Of a DNA stretch of 44,881 nucleotides, positions 13,201 through 25,395 are shown piece by piece. The DNA lies in the NCBI GenBank assembly GCA_002633005.1, contig NMRA01000961.1, positions 1-44,881 on the forward strand. The letters run 5' to 3'. This DNA is from Phoronis australis (taxonomy: Eukaryota > Animalia > Phoronida). The position numbers were made by a program, and so were the translations under genes. Position 1 is the stretch's first letter, and each line of letters opens with the position of its first letter. The notes beneath the pieces were generated by a model, which saw only the letters and a list, made by a program, of their open reading frames with translations, was not told where the DNA came from and did not search any database.

Positions 13201-14242
13201 GGGTACAAGCCCATGAGACAAGTTGAAGCAACAAATTCGGTACAAATCCATAAAACCTTTTACACGCACAATTAAATGCGCAAAATTGCTCCTGTATGTC
13301 TTAAACCTTTAATTTAATGCTCAAGCTACACAACGAGTGCGTGTTGAAACACAACATTGACCTTGGACCAACGATGGACTCCTTGCATCAGGACTTTAGT
13401 AAGCGGGTGGAGGGCAAGTTCCACCCCAAAAAATTGCATGCCTCAGGGTTAAACCATGGCAACCGACGAAGGTGTGGGGATGGGGAAAGACAAAAAAGGA
13501 AAGACTTCGAATACTGATCAGAGAGAAAACTCAAGAGAACTTTGAAAACTCGGTATCAGTGTATGGTTTACCATTTGATGGCCCCGACCAGGACAATTGT
13601 TGTTAGGGTCTCCGTTTTGCAGCATAGGTCGTCTAAGCGCTCTTGAAAATGTGCAATTAACCATTCATAAATGTATTTCGAAAATTCGAGAAAATTTGTA
13701 CAGCAAAAATTTTGCGGAGCGTATTAAAGGAGCATGCCACCCAAAAACAACCTAATTTGTATCAATTTAGATCGCGTAGTTCTACTCCATAGCGGCACGC
13801 GCGGTTGCGTTACCTGACACCTGACGGCAGACTGAGGTTTTGAAATTATCCAATGACGTAATTGGTTTCACACGCAGTCTGTTCAGCAGTTCACAACACG
13901 GGTTACTGGTGTCAGCTTATCGCTTGAATTCATCGTTTTACACCAATAAATGATCAAACTTCGATGTAAAACCGTTACAAATATACCGAGTTCGTATAAA
14001 AACGTGTTGTTTTATTTCGCTGTTACGGATTTATTGGTATTTGGACACGGCCGTAGCCTACAACGGCTCGGCATTCCAATAAGGTCCGTAGCAGGAGTTT
14101 GGGGTCTTTTCGGAGATATATTCGAAGTATTTTTCTGTGAGATACAGACAGGAGAACCTAGTCTGTGTTATTTAGAATTGTGACTTTTTGAGTTCTAAAC
14201 ACGCAAAACGCTCGTTATCCTTGCCAGTGGCTCGGAGCCCGG

Positions 14243-15387
14243 CAACGCCAGAAATTTGTAACATGCAATACAGCGCATGCGCTAAATCTTGCCAGCAGCA
14301 CTCCATAAGAAATACACAAGAACAGGCTATATAATCAGGAATTTACAAATGAGGGGAGATAACTACACAATTTGCCGATAGCCTGTCGCATAGAGTGTAT
14401 GTTAAGACTTGTTACTGCCAAATATCAGCGTCATTGGTGAAAATTTTTCCACGTCTCTTGAAGTTTGAAGTTCGCCCCGTTCAGGCCTATGTTAACGATC
14501 CTCCGGAAGCCAATATTTGAGCGCATAGCTCATTTTGAAGTCAAGTTTGTGGCTAAATTCAGTTTGCCATCGAATCTGCCGATAGCCTAGTGATTACCAG
14601 GAGTACTCAGAGGTTGGTGATCCAAATTTCATGCTGTGTTTCGAAATTTTTCCACGTCTCTTGTGTTCAGAAAATGGATCCACGTACAGTGCTGTGAGAT
14701 GAAATGTTGCCGATCGCCTGGCTGTCTTGCAATGGAATTTGCACTCTGTATAGACGAGAGATTATAGCTCAAAATCGGCAAGAAACTGTTATGTTCATTT
14801 TCTCATCCGGTATGAGTTTAGAAATTCTTTCGAAGTTTGAAAAAAGTCGGATTTTATATAGTTTTATGCAGGTTTTTTGGCCTGTGAGTAGTTGATCCTA
14901 TCAAAATGTTGTTTCGTTTTTTGTGGTCCACAGAACGTTGTCCTTTGTATTAATTCAATACTGTTACAATGGAGTGGATTCCGGACACAAATGTGTATTG
15001 GCAAACATTTGAAGATTAATAAAAAAGCACTTTGGCAGCCCACTTAATCCAAGCACGTCGGCTGGCTGGCGTTCAACTCACTGACTTTTGTTATGGTTAT
15101 GTGTACATGTAGGCCTACAAGATAACAGAGAGCTGTGACCCCAATCACCCAGCTAGCACTGTCATACTGTAGACTGTGAAATTCCAGAAATTCCAAATAC
15201 TGTAGTGTTATTGTAAACTTGACAAGTATTCCTCTGCGAAGACTACATACTGACTTCAATCGGGCTCACGGTGACTGGCGCCCAAGCTTCCTGACCTTTA
15301 ACCTTACTATGCGTTGTTATGATTGGTTAGGGACATGGCGCTAAGCGTCACCTAGCGGATCAAGAATGTTACAAATTTCTGGCATTG
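14243..15387 (+). mobile_element. Non-autonomous TIR element (22-bp TIR) nested in Kolobok copy 2
   Basis: caacgccagaaatttgtaacat ... atgttacaaatttctggcattg (1 mismatch). A second, partial inverted copy lies at ~26252-27034. No clear TSD. Confidence 0.8.
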
Positions 15388-15632
15388 GTCAGGCCCGTCA
15401 CGGCCGGCCGGATTGACTCGTTATCCCGACCAGTGGCTCGGAAACTGATCAGACATCACATAAACATAAACCAGCCAAAGTTGGAAACTAAACTTCTAGT
15501 CAGGAAAATACTATACTAGTGAGCCAAAGTAATGTGCACGTGATTGTGTTGGTGAATTAGCTACGAAACTGCAAATCTACTTATTCGTCGGGGCCGCGAA
15601 TTTAGATTCCGCTTTGTCCACAGCACCGTCAG

Positions 15633-15879
15633 CATGCGCACACCCAGCCTTCAATATGGGGGGCTCGAATTTCTGACGTTGTGGACCTTTTGGTAACAAA
15701 AAAGCGGGTGAGCTAAAAAAAAAACGGGGCACCACTGTGAACTGCGCGATTGTGCTTATTTAGAGGACTTTAGTCTCATTTTTTCGGACTTTTTGTTTCC
15801 CGGAGGCGGACCTTTTTGTCCACTTCTCCACTTTGCCCTAGCTCGTTCGAGCCCCTGAGCCCCCCTGGGTGCGCGCATG
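15633..15879 (+). mobile_element. 247-bp MITE with a 5-bp TSD (compatible with hAT5-type elements)
   Basis: TIR catgcgcacacccag / ctgggtgcgcgcatg, with gtcag duplicated on both sides. Kolobok copy 1 shows the empty site caccgtcagggcag. Confidence 0.9.
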
Positions 15880-16250
15880 GTCAGGGCAGAAGCTGTACAT
15901 TGACAATAATTATTTGAATAATGTAAATATAAATATAAATAAAGATTCCCCTAACACCTGGCCGTGGGATGGAAATCGAGTTGTTTCACAACAGTTTCTG
16001 CCATCTAACACTAAATTAGCATGAGCTCACACGGCCTCGGTGTCCAGTCAATTAGTTTTATTGCACTTAAAGCCGGTAACGCAGGGATTTATTCATTGCT
16101 GGCTTCTCAAATCATGTTTGCACTCAGGAACACTCCAAAGGCATTACAAATTGCATCTAATGAGACATACTTTGTTTCAGTTTTATATAAGTATTGGCTA
16201 GGGTGAGAATAATTCATTTTGAAACAGAATGCTCTGTAATAAACGCCAAC

Positions 16251-16420
16251 ATGGCAACTCGCAATCCACGCGACTTAGTCGACGAGAGCTCATCAGTCCC
16301 GACGAAGACTTCGCCGGTGGATCGTTAGGTTTCACAGGCTATCAGTTCGAACAGGAATACAGTGATGAAGAAATACTAAAGAGGCGCCGTGAACAAGCTC
16401 AGACAACGGAGCGTAGGGAT
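16251..16420 (+). pseudogene. 5' remnant of the Kolobok accessory gene KolX
   Basis: GFTGYQFEQEYSDEEILKRR resembles the Y.FEPEYS.EE motif of KolX. It converges on the THAP gene, and the ATG at 16251 is out of frame with the motif. Confidence 0.55.
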
Positions 16421-16452
16421 ATTTATTTGGCAAGCTGGGATTCGTCAGGCAC

Positions 16453-16659
16453 TCACGCGGCTGTCGACCACGGCTGCAGGCCACAAACAAGGAGATGTTC
16501 CACGGCCTCATACTTGCTATTTACAGCGTACTTTTCATTCTTCACTACTGCGATCCACTTCCTAAACATTTCGGACTCTCGAGGAAGTCCAAAATACGAT
16601 CTTCCCGCTTTCCTCGCAGCTGCATAGCTCGCACAAGCGGGAACGATGCACCGCAACAT
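16453..16659 (-). pseudogene. THAP-domain 5' remnant of the Kolobok transposase
   Basis: MLRCIVPAC...GRSYFGLP...RKWIAVV...LLVCG matches the THAP C2CH pattern, truncated before HF. Confidence 0.8.
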
Positions 16660-17746
16660 AGCGGCATTCACTCTCATTTAGTGCAGATGAACCACTGACG
16701 TCGCTGGCGTCGTTTCTCACCTTCCTCACAGGTTAACGAGACACCTCTTGGCAAGATAAGGTCGACCGTGTGCGAGGCGATGTGGATATAGACCAATTAA
16801 TAAGGCAAAAAAGACTAATTAAATCGGGTGGCATTCTCCTTTTATTCAGTTCAAGTTTTTCAGTGGTCCATTGGCGGTGCACTGCAGGGGGTTGAGGGGG
16901 CTTTAGCCCCCACTTTTTTCAGTGCTGCGCCCTCTATACACCTCCGACTTGACAATACCAACTACTCACGAGGGGAAGTTGAGATTTCAAATTCATCAAA
17001 AACACAAAACATTCGTGCACAGCACAGGAGCTGTCTTGTAAGAAATGGCGATGCGTCACTGAACTTAGTTGAAGGCTGAAGGCTGACTTGCAAAAATTCG
17101 AAGCATCATCAGATCACCATATCGCAAAGAAGGACACTAAACGCTAACAGTGATATTCATGAATGTATTGATTTTTAAAGAAATAGACTAAAGAAATTCA
17201 AAAATTTACAAATCGTAGATCGGATCGAAAAAGAAATTCAAGCCATTGCCCGTAAATTTGGAAAGATTGTCTTTGCATTTCCTTGATGTTTGTAGTTCCC
17301 AGTCGTGTTGTGCAATGAATTTAGCTTCTTCTAAACCGAATCGTTTGCTTGACATTCCCGTGCATACTGCAAAGGCTGGACACGTCGTGACTCAGTGACG
17401 CACCACGTTAAAAATAAGGTGTTGGCTGCCCGCGTAGAATCCGCGCACAGTGATTGACGGGAAAAGAACTTGAATTGCAGGAGTTGAAGTGTGTGCATTT
17501 TTGGGACACGCGTTCCATAGCATTTTCCCCAGCCGCCCGGCGGCAGAAGCTGGACCAGTGGCTGTGTTTCAACAATGAATTTTGATACAGCTCTGTAGGC
17601 CAAGGATTTCGCGATCATATCTTTCAAAAAAACTTCAGGAAATGACCGTATTAAAATAAACTTTTCCCGAAACTGGGTCAAACAAAACAACCTTGGAGCC
17701 AGAACACGGGTGTCGGGTTCGAGTTAAGCCGCACGTCTCAAATGAA

Positions 17747-17850
17747 TCATAGCGGAGCTGACCAGCGACTAGCATTAGTCCTTTGAATTGCGTATAAATC
17801 ATAGCGGAGCTGACCAGCGACTAGCATTAGTTCGTCGAATTGCGCATGCA
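17747..17850. repeat. 52-bp tandem duplication
   Basis: tcatagcggagctgaccagcgactagcattag occurs twice, each time followed by ...gaattgcg. Confidence 0.9.
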
Positions 17851-19434
17851 TGGATCGGACTTCCCGGCGACTCGGACGCCACGACACCTGCCACCCGTGG
17901 CGGGAGCAGCTAATTTCTTGACTAACACCTGCTTCTAAATCTGGATTTAAGCAAAATGTCAAAGTCCACGCTTACACATATGCAAGCGTATCCAAATATA
18001 ATTAAATGTATTTTCATGTGAAACCATTCAATGTTCTTTGAACATTGACTTGTGTGAGTTCTTAATTTTCTTAGATCTGCCCAATCAGGTAGAACTGCGT
18101 TTCAAGTCATTCGCTACAGGCACCGGAGGGTTCAAATTGGAAGTTCGCGTCGTATGCCATCGTATGACGTCATATGACGTAGGAGATGCGAGCCTCATTT
18201 GCATATATAAGTGACATCTGTTGGTTCAAAAAAGAGGATCATGCTCGAGTACATGCCTGGGAAGAGGCATCTTTTTAAGGGTAAAACAAGTCATGTTCAA
18301 AGCATCCTAGTGCCATTAATATGCAGTCTTTGGGGACCAAAGTGGTGCCATTTTATAGCTAAAGAGTTAAGCTTTCAAACACAATGCTTGGATTCCAGAC
18401 GACTTTAACATTTACTTTTGAAATCACTTTTGAATATCCGTTAAAATGCGCTAAAACAGTTGTCCCTTCCTGGTTATCTCTTCCTGCTAGGAGGTTATTA
18501 TGGCATTGTCTGGCAACAAAAATAACACAAAACACTTGAGACTGGGAAAAATTTGTGCCTCAATGATTGAACCATTGACTAATGTTGTAAAATATAGCTT
18601 GTTTGCATAATACAACAGAAATACGTTATAGTACAAAACAATACATGTATAATTGAATGATCTCTGTGAATGTGCACACAGACTGTATGAAAATAATAGG
18701 TTATTCTGACAGCGTTTATCAGGTAGTATGAGAAAAATACATGATGATGACCAAAGTAGGTACTTTCTGTGACTTAATCAACAAAAAAGATTCACTTTTT
18801 AATAAACAAAACGAAATAACGGGGTTGGAGGTCATTTCAGGGTTGACTTGTCAAAGAACTATCCAACGTTATGCATTCAGTGTTGCTGATGTTACTACAG
18901 TTTGTCACAGCTCACATTTCAGTACAGTTTGACCCAGCATTGCAGCACAATCTCAGTTTCCCAACACACATGTTCGTTTTGCACTTGCAGAAGTGAATTA
19001 TTGAACACTAGCCTCAATTCACTTTCTTATCTCTTAGTCGGGCACAAACTACAACAGTGAGTAGCCTTTACAGTCGTTTCTTAAGAATGTCTGTCCAAAT
19101 AACTTCATGCACACCAGCTTTCTGAAGAACAGCTTCAAAGTCTTGCTTTAGTTTTGAAAGGCAAATGACATCTCCATGTGTTAGAAGCTTTGATTCAATG
19201 ACCTCCAAACAAAACTGTAGGAAAATATCTCTGAAATTTGTGGATTTGTCAATCTTCACAATCTTTGTCTTTCTATTTTTATAGCATGACGATCTGTGGT
19301 AGTTGACTTCTAAGACACAAGGTCTTTAACTTTGAATTTAATTTGCATATTCAGGACTCTGGACTGAGCTGTTGCTTGCGATACAAGTCCAACTGAAAAA
19401 CCCCAAGCTGTTAACACAAAAATTACCTGAAACA

Positions 19435-22011
19435 CTGTTGTTGTGTGCTGTTTCTCCAAGTGCTGTCACCAGCTAGAATGCATCCCCATCGATAATTTCG
19501 ACCCCTAATCAAGAATCATCTCGGATGCCGGGTCCCCGAAGTTGATAAGGCTTCGGTCATCACTTAGAGTGCCACCTGTTGTCTCGCTGTAACCGTAACC
19601 ACGACGACGCCTCTTCAGCAGATCTCGTCACTGACTGCACCAAAGTTTTCCTCGACACTGTGCTGATACCTAGGAACTTCATCAACCTCCACATGCTTCT
19701 CCCAATGAAACCTCTGCATCCTACTTCGACTGGCAAACAAAAACACTTCCAACCAGCTACTGAACAATCATGGGAAAGTTCTGTATACTTAAGCCTTTTC
19801 CTCTCGTTGGACTCTACCATTCGGGATTCCCATGGTACTGTAAGTTCTACTATGATGACCGTCTTTGTACCATCTGACCATAATACCAACTCAGGCAGGA
19901 GTGTCGTCATCACTATATGGCTCGGGAATACTGCCAACAGCCCTACATCCACTATCATCTTCCAATCACTCGCTGTAGTCAACACTCCTGCATCTTTCCT
20001 CTTCCCTAATGCACCTTCTCTGCAAAATGATATTAGTGGGCTTTCAGTGTTGCTAACCACCTTCCTTCTTTCTAGATCCAAAATATGCGCAATCACCTTG
20101 AGAATCTTGTCATGTCTCCACTTGTATTTGCCTTCTGCCAAAGCCGACTTACAGGATGACAAAACGTGCTGTAAAGTGCCGCGCTCCCCACAACTGCTGC
20201 AAGAATCGTCTTCTATCCTTCCCCATAACTTCAGGTTTGTCGGACTAGGGAGTACGTCATACACAGAGCGCAGGATAAAACTTAATCTGTACTGGTCACA
20301 TGAAATCAGGTCGTTCGCTGTAATGCGCCTACTGTGAACCCCCTCCCATGCTGTCCAGGCGCCCTGCTTTCTCAAACCAACAGCATGAGAAAAGCGCTTC
20401 TCCTCTTCCTGATGACGTACTTCTTCTAACACCATAGAAAGACGCTCTTTCCCTCTAGTTGTCTTCCACCTCTTAAACGGTTTCATGCCAAGGCCTTCAC
20501 TTCCTCTAGAAACTGCCCCTACTAAATCTTTATGGTTAAGCCTGCTCTCTCCTGATGCTACTTCCTCCTCTGGACTCCACTTCCTTCCCGCAAAAACGTC
20601 AATCTTTACACCACTGATGTCATCATCTTTCGAGTCCCTCAGAGTCAGGAAAGTCCTGCACTTAACGACTTAAAACTCTCCCACAATAGATTGTGTAGGT
20701 AGGTTTACTGCTGAAGACCTCATGTACAGGCCCAACCTGGTGAAACTTGGCGGGATGCCTTACCACTTGCGCAACCAGCGGCTAACCAAGCGCTCCATCC
20801 TCTCCGCTGCTATAATAGGTAGATCGTACACTGTCAAAGGCCACATGACCTTTGGGAATAGACCAATCTGGTAACACCACACCTTAAAGCGGCCAGGTAG
20901 TCCTGTAAACTTTTCAGCGCTGCTTTTACATGGTCTCCATCCTTCAATGTACTGTCATACTCTTTCCCCAGATACTTCACTGACTTATGAGACACCGAAG
21001 GTATCACATCTCCATCCACTTTGAAAGCAAAATGTGAGTTAATCTTCCCTCAAACAAGCACTAAACTCCTTCATTTTGCTACTTTGAACGCCATACGAGC
21101 CCACCTGGCTAGATCACCCAAGGCATTTAAAATAAGGCCTGTCCCTAATGCCGACAGTGTTGTAACAGTAAGATCATCCACATATGCTCGACAACTTGGT
21201 AGACGCTTGTTCTGCAACAAAGGTCCCCTCCACCCATTGGATGCTCGCTTAATCATAACGTTCATGGCCATCACAAACAGAATTATTGAAATTGTGCACC
21301 CAGTCATGATCCCCTTCTGCAAAGGTTGCCACTCCGTTGTAAAACCGTTAACTGAGAATCTCATTCTTGCTCCCGTGAAGTATTTGCTGATGAGAGAACG
21401 CAGATCTTCCGGCAAATGATACATACACATCGCCTTCTCTATAAGCTTGTGTGGCATCGACCCATAAGCATTGGCCATGTCAAGCCATACCACAGACAGG
21501 TCTTTCTTCAATTTCTTTGCATCCTTGATTAACTCTGTGATCACGCAATTGTGTTCTAAACAGCCAGAGTAGCCGGGAATGCCTCCCTTCTTCACTGATG
21601 GGTTGATGTAAATGTTCTCCAACAAATATGTCGTTAACCTGTCTGCCAGCACAGCGAAAAAGACTTTCCCCTCCACATCCAGTAACGACATAAGACGGAA
21701 GTCACCAATCTTCACAGAGCCTTTGCCTTTCGGAATGTACACCCCTTCTGCCTTTCCGCATCACCAAGGCAACTCCTTCGAGTGCCAAATAACTCTCAAC
21801 AGCTTCCAAAGGCGGTGTAATAACCATGGACACTTCTTATAAACTACATACGGTAGCCCGGATGGGCCTGGAGCTGATCCCGACTTGGCGTTCATGACCA
21901 TCTTTCTGACATCACAGAACTTAAAATCGCCAACCTCTAAAGGCACACTCGGAAATTCTTCTTCATCCGTCCATTCAAAATCTTCCAAAGGTTCCTCGCG
22001 CCGACTGTCAC
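19435..22011 (-). mobile_element. 5'-truncated, frameshifted non-LTR retrotransposon with a restriction-like endonuclease (HERO-type)
   Basis: RT motifs (SAPGPSG, WLDMANAYGS, GIMTGCTIS, AYVDDL), a CCHC knuckle (CSSC...LQHVLSSC), WRHD, and REL nuclease motifs (PELVLWS...VELTVPWE...K..KY...VEVGCRG), spread over four broken ORFs. Confidence 0.9.
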
Positions 22012-23908
22012 TAATTTAAAATATAACTATGAGTGAGCTGGTATGCAGGAACTGGTCCACCACCAGCCTAAAAAATTACATGACGCCTTATCAGTCGCCT
22101 AAAAATGTTGATCAGCTAACAATTAGATTAGCTGATGCAACTGAAAATAAATCAGCTGATATACCAGTGCAGTGAATGAAATCAGATGCTCATACCGTAC
22201 TCAATTGATTTACAGATAAGGTAATCAACGTTTGACGAAATGGACAGTGGCTACCACCGTCCTCAAATTACGACGGGGACGCTGGCCGCTTATGTTTACA
22301 AAAAATTGAAAAGAGGTTCACCCTATCTCAGGATTACAGCAGGGATAAAGGCCACTTGGGCATGTTGGTTGCAACCATCTACCACATTTAGCTTCTCAAA
22401 TTTTTTTGACTTGAAGTGCTTAAAATTACACCCACAGTATAACACCATACGATTATCCACTGACGCAAGCAGTGTCGATGTGGCAACTGAACAAAGGAGT
22501 GTTTGAAAAACAGGATTGCAGGATTATTTATTAAAACTTGGAACAATTGGAAACGTTAACAGCCTCCTCGAAGGCATCTCTCTACGCGGTACTTCTAAAC
22601 TTATAGAAACATGACTTAAGGTTTATCCAGTGTGATACATAATTTGCTGAGAAGCATCCGGCATATGGAGTACCTATGATATGATCACCGTCTCTACTGG
22701 GTCAGTAATATTGTCTAAAGCCTAGGTAGCCAAGGGGCTGAACAAGTTAAAAAAAACAACTGGTGATAATATTGACACTCTTTGAAAACACCAACAGGTC
22801 TTTCAACAACACGTACCTGTTTTTCAAAGGTATAAAGTTGTTACTTCTTTCTCTTTCTTGAAATGGGGTCCATATTACACTGTTCCTGCTAAAAAATGGT
22901 GCACTCATGTTTCAGAGTGTTCCTATCTTGATCAGTTTAATTGGTTGTTTCAGATTTTGGAAGTCTAATTGATTTTCTTGGGAAATTTTGTGTAACATCT
23001 ATATCACTTTCAGCAGCTTCAGCTTTAGTACTACTGCTGGTGTCTTGAAACCTTGCTACGCCTTCCTACAGGTATGTCCTTTCATTTTTTGGTCTGACAC
23101 TTGGTCTTCTACAGCAGTATACTGAGTGTGTATAGGCTATACCAGGGCATACAGCTGTTTTTTGCACAAACGTTTGTGACACCTTTTCTTTTTGATCTAC
23201 TGATCTACAGAGTTCCACAGTCCATCCGCTTTTGTCAGGATGCTTCTCTAAGCTTCTTCAGGCTCTGGCATCACAATTTTGTGCTGTTTGATCAACCTTG
23301 AATTATACAGGCATCACACTCCATGGGAGCAGCCATGTTGAAGTAACTAACCACTACAATACCAGCTGGCTATCTGATTGGTCAATTCAATAGAAAAGCG
23401 CAAGCAGGTGGCAGGAATGTGCATAAATGCAAGTGTAAACGTGGGAACTTTTTGGAATTTTATTTATAGGTGTATTAGCTAGACACATAGAAAAAATAGG
23501 TTGCCTCCCCCAAGTACTCACAAGGATGAACGCTATGAGACCTGGCTTACCGACTATAGATCACGGGGTAGTCAGTTGAGAATAAGTCAGTTTAAGTTTA
23601 ACTGATTTGAGTTGAACCTACACCTGTTTTGAGTTGAGTTTAAGTTGAGTCGTGATACAGCTACAGATATAACAGATACAGCATTGGTAAACGGACAGCT
23701 ACATGTATATAGACAACGGGTTTTTGAGCCAACGAGCGTAACTGTTCCTGAAAGTGAGTGAATAGTTTATCACAAGTCAGAGCTTTGCAACAATGTTTGG
23801 AGCATAGAACAGACATGACATCGATCGTTTTGTTTATGTTGACCGTCAAAATACGATTGATGTTAGACCTATAGGCAAGAACGTGTAACAAACCCTCACC
23901 TGATTCAC

Positions 23909-24164
23909 CCGTTTGAAATGCTATCGGCGATGAAGCTACATCATCCCACCCTGCCTTGACTGTTGTTATGGTGACATTATCCTCAGTTACAGAAGTCAAG
24001 TTAGTGCAACGTTTGCTGGTAGCAGTCTTATCTGCTATGAAGTGATGTTTTCCGCAAGACACTTTGTAGCTACAGTGTACCTTTATTTCCAGCTGCTGCG
24101 GTCCAATTTACATTAATTGTTGCATCACCTTCAACCAGAGAGACAATAGTAGCTGCAGCCAGTT
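23909..24164 (-). pseudogene. Frameshifted FN3 exon (pseudo-exon C)
   Basis: ttttcag|AA CTG GCT GCA GCT... gives LAAATIVSLVEGDATINVNWTAAAGNKG. A 7-nt insertion then creates TAG, and the shifted frame continues SYKVSCGKHHFIADKTATSKRCTNLTSVTEDNVTITTVKAGWDD. Donors at 23909 (gtgaat) or 23900 (gtgagg). Confidence 0.85.
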
Positions 24165-25137
24165 CTGAAAACAAAGTGGCATAACCTCTTACATGTACAT
24201 GTGTCCATGTCTAACCCTGTTAAAACACGGTGCTAAACCAAACAATGGTTTAACGATTTCATCATTTTTTGTCAGATTAAGCAAACTGCTATCAGAGCAG
24301 CTTTGTGTTATAAGGACACTCTTGAGCATTCAACAAAATGAAATGGTAACCAAGAAACAGTTCTGTGCAGAAGACACTCTTCTTGCTTTGACATGCTATT
24401 TCATAAAGATAATTTACACACGTTAACAGATCTGGTATAAGCAGAATCGTGTTTTCCTTCACGTGTTACTAAAATTAACTACACATCTATTTGTTAATTT
24501 GATAACGTTTGTAGTGTTGCAACTGCAAATTTAAAATACAGTGATTACAGTTCAGAGATCAGTTGCATAAAAGTTATACGACTTGTGGCAACAATGACGT
24601 CGCATTATCACGCACACCTTGTTATTGTTGAACAATGCACCTGACGTCATGCAACAATCAAACTTATACAGCGGATAACTTTTGAAGCTTGATGCAACTC
24701 AGCCCTGGACACGGAATTTAGCATCCATTCAAAATGACTAGTGTTAACTGGCAAAATTTCGAGATTACGAAACGGGAATGAGAACCATGAATAAAAGCAA
24801 CTCCATGAGTGGGAATGCCAAATTTCAGGCCGTCAAAAAGTGTGAGCAAGATTCGATTATAAAACTACTGGATTTAAGGTCTCACAAACGAAGCAATTAT
24901 CCTTCAAGAGGGAAAACAAATACCATGCAAAGTTTCCCCTAACGACCAAGTTTCCAAAGGTCCAATATCCAATTCAGGATCACTTAAGACATGGGCAAAC
25001 AGACGACCATCCACGAAAGGGAGGCAAATTATTGATACGGAAGTCATTGGTTGGCAAGTGTCTCAACATAGTCGTATGTAATACAACCTGCATTAGTTGG
25101 CACACATACACTAGAATATATAGCAACAAACACTCAC

Positions 25138-25395
25138 TTGTTTTAGTAGTCTTTGATGTCGAAACTGCATCATCCGATCCTGCCTTGATTGTTATTATGG
25201 TGACGACGTACTCAGTTCCAGGAGTCAAGCCAGTACAGCGTTTCTTGGTATCAACCTTGTCAGCAATGAACTGATGGGTGCTGCATGAAACTTTGTACCT
25301 GTCTTTAGGTCCAGCCGCAGTAGTCCAACTGACATCAATTGTTGTTTCACTTCCAACCACAGTGATGATTGTAGCTGCAGCAAGTGTCGCAGCAT
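25138..25395 (-). CDS. Intact FN3-domain exon B (258 nt, phase 1-1)
   Basis: tttgtgttag|...|gtgagt. Translation TIDVSW...YKVSC...CTGLTPGTEYVVTI carries the FN3 W, Y and LxPGTxY signature. Confidence 0.88.

Larger units (their letters stand above)
13728..16840. mobile_element. Non-autonomous Kolobok DNA transposon, copy 2, with nested insertions
   Basis: TTAA|aggagcatgccaccc ... gggtggcattctcct|TTTA. Colinear with 8914-10262 once the insertions at ~13993-15479 and 15633-15884 are removed. Confidence 0.9.
11711..18486. mobile_element. TIR DNA transposon with a perfect 29-bp TIR and a 7-bp TSD (superfamily unassigned; P- or hATw-like by TSD length)
   Basis: caggaagagataaccaggaagggacaact at 11711-11739 and its exact reverse complement at 18458-18486. 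ctaggag flanks both sides (11704-11710, 18487-18493). Confidence 0.9.
11310..23556 (-). mobile_element. Internally deleted Academ-type DNA transposon carrying nested insertions
   Basis: Imperfect TIR taggcgttgggccag / tagtcggtaagccag (11/15) with a 3-bp TSD tag (11307-11309, 23557-23559). Minus-strand transposase-like remnants: MAAPMECDACII at 23337; EVNYHRSSCY and FLQFCLEVIESKL...TDILKKRL at 19068-19320; Cys-rich C-terminus CKCKTNMC...CCNAGSNCTEM at ~18900-18992. Confidence 0.65.

Noticed and set aside
17747-17850. CRISPR-like repeat-spacer
   Set aside because: Only two units, the spacers are homologous to each other, and the context is eukaryotic with no cas genes.
19579-20337. 252-aa plus-strand ORF
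   Set aside because: Antisense shadow of the HERO ORF.
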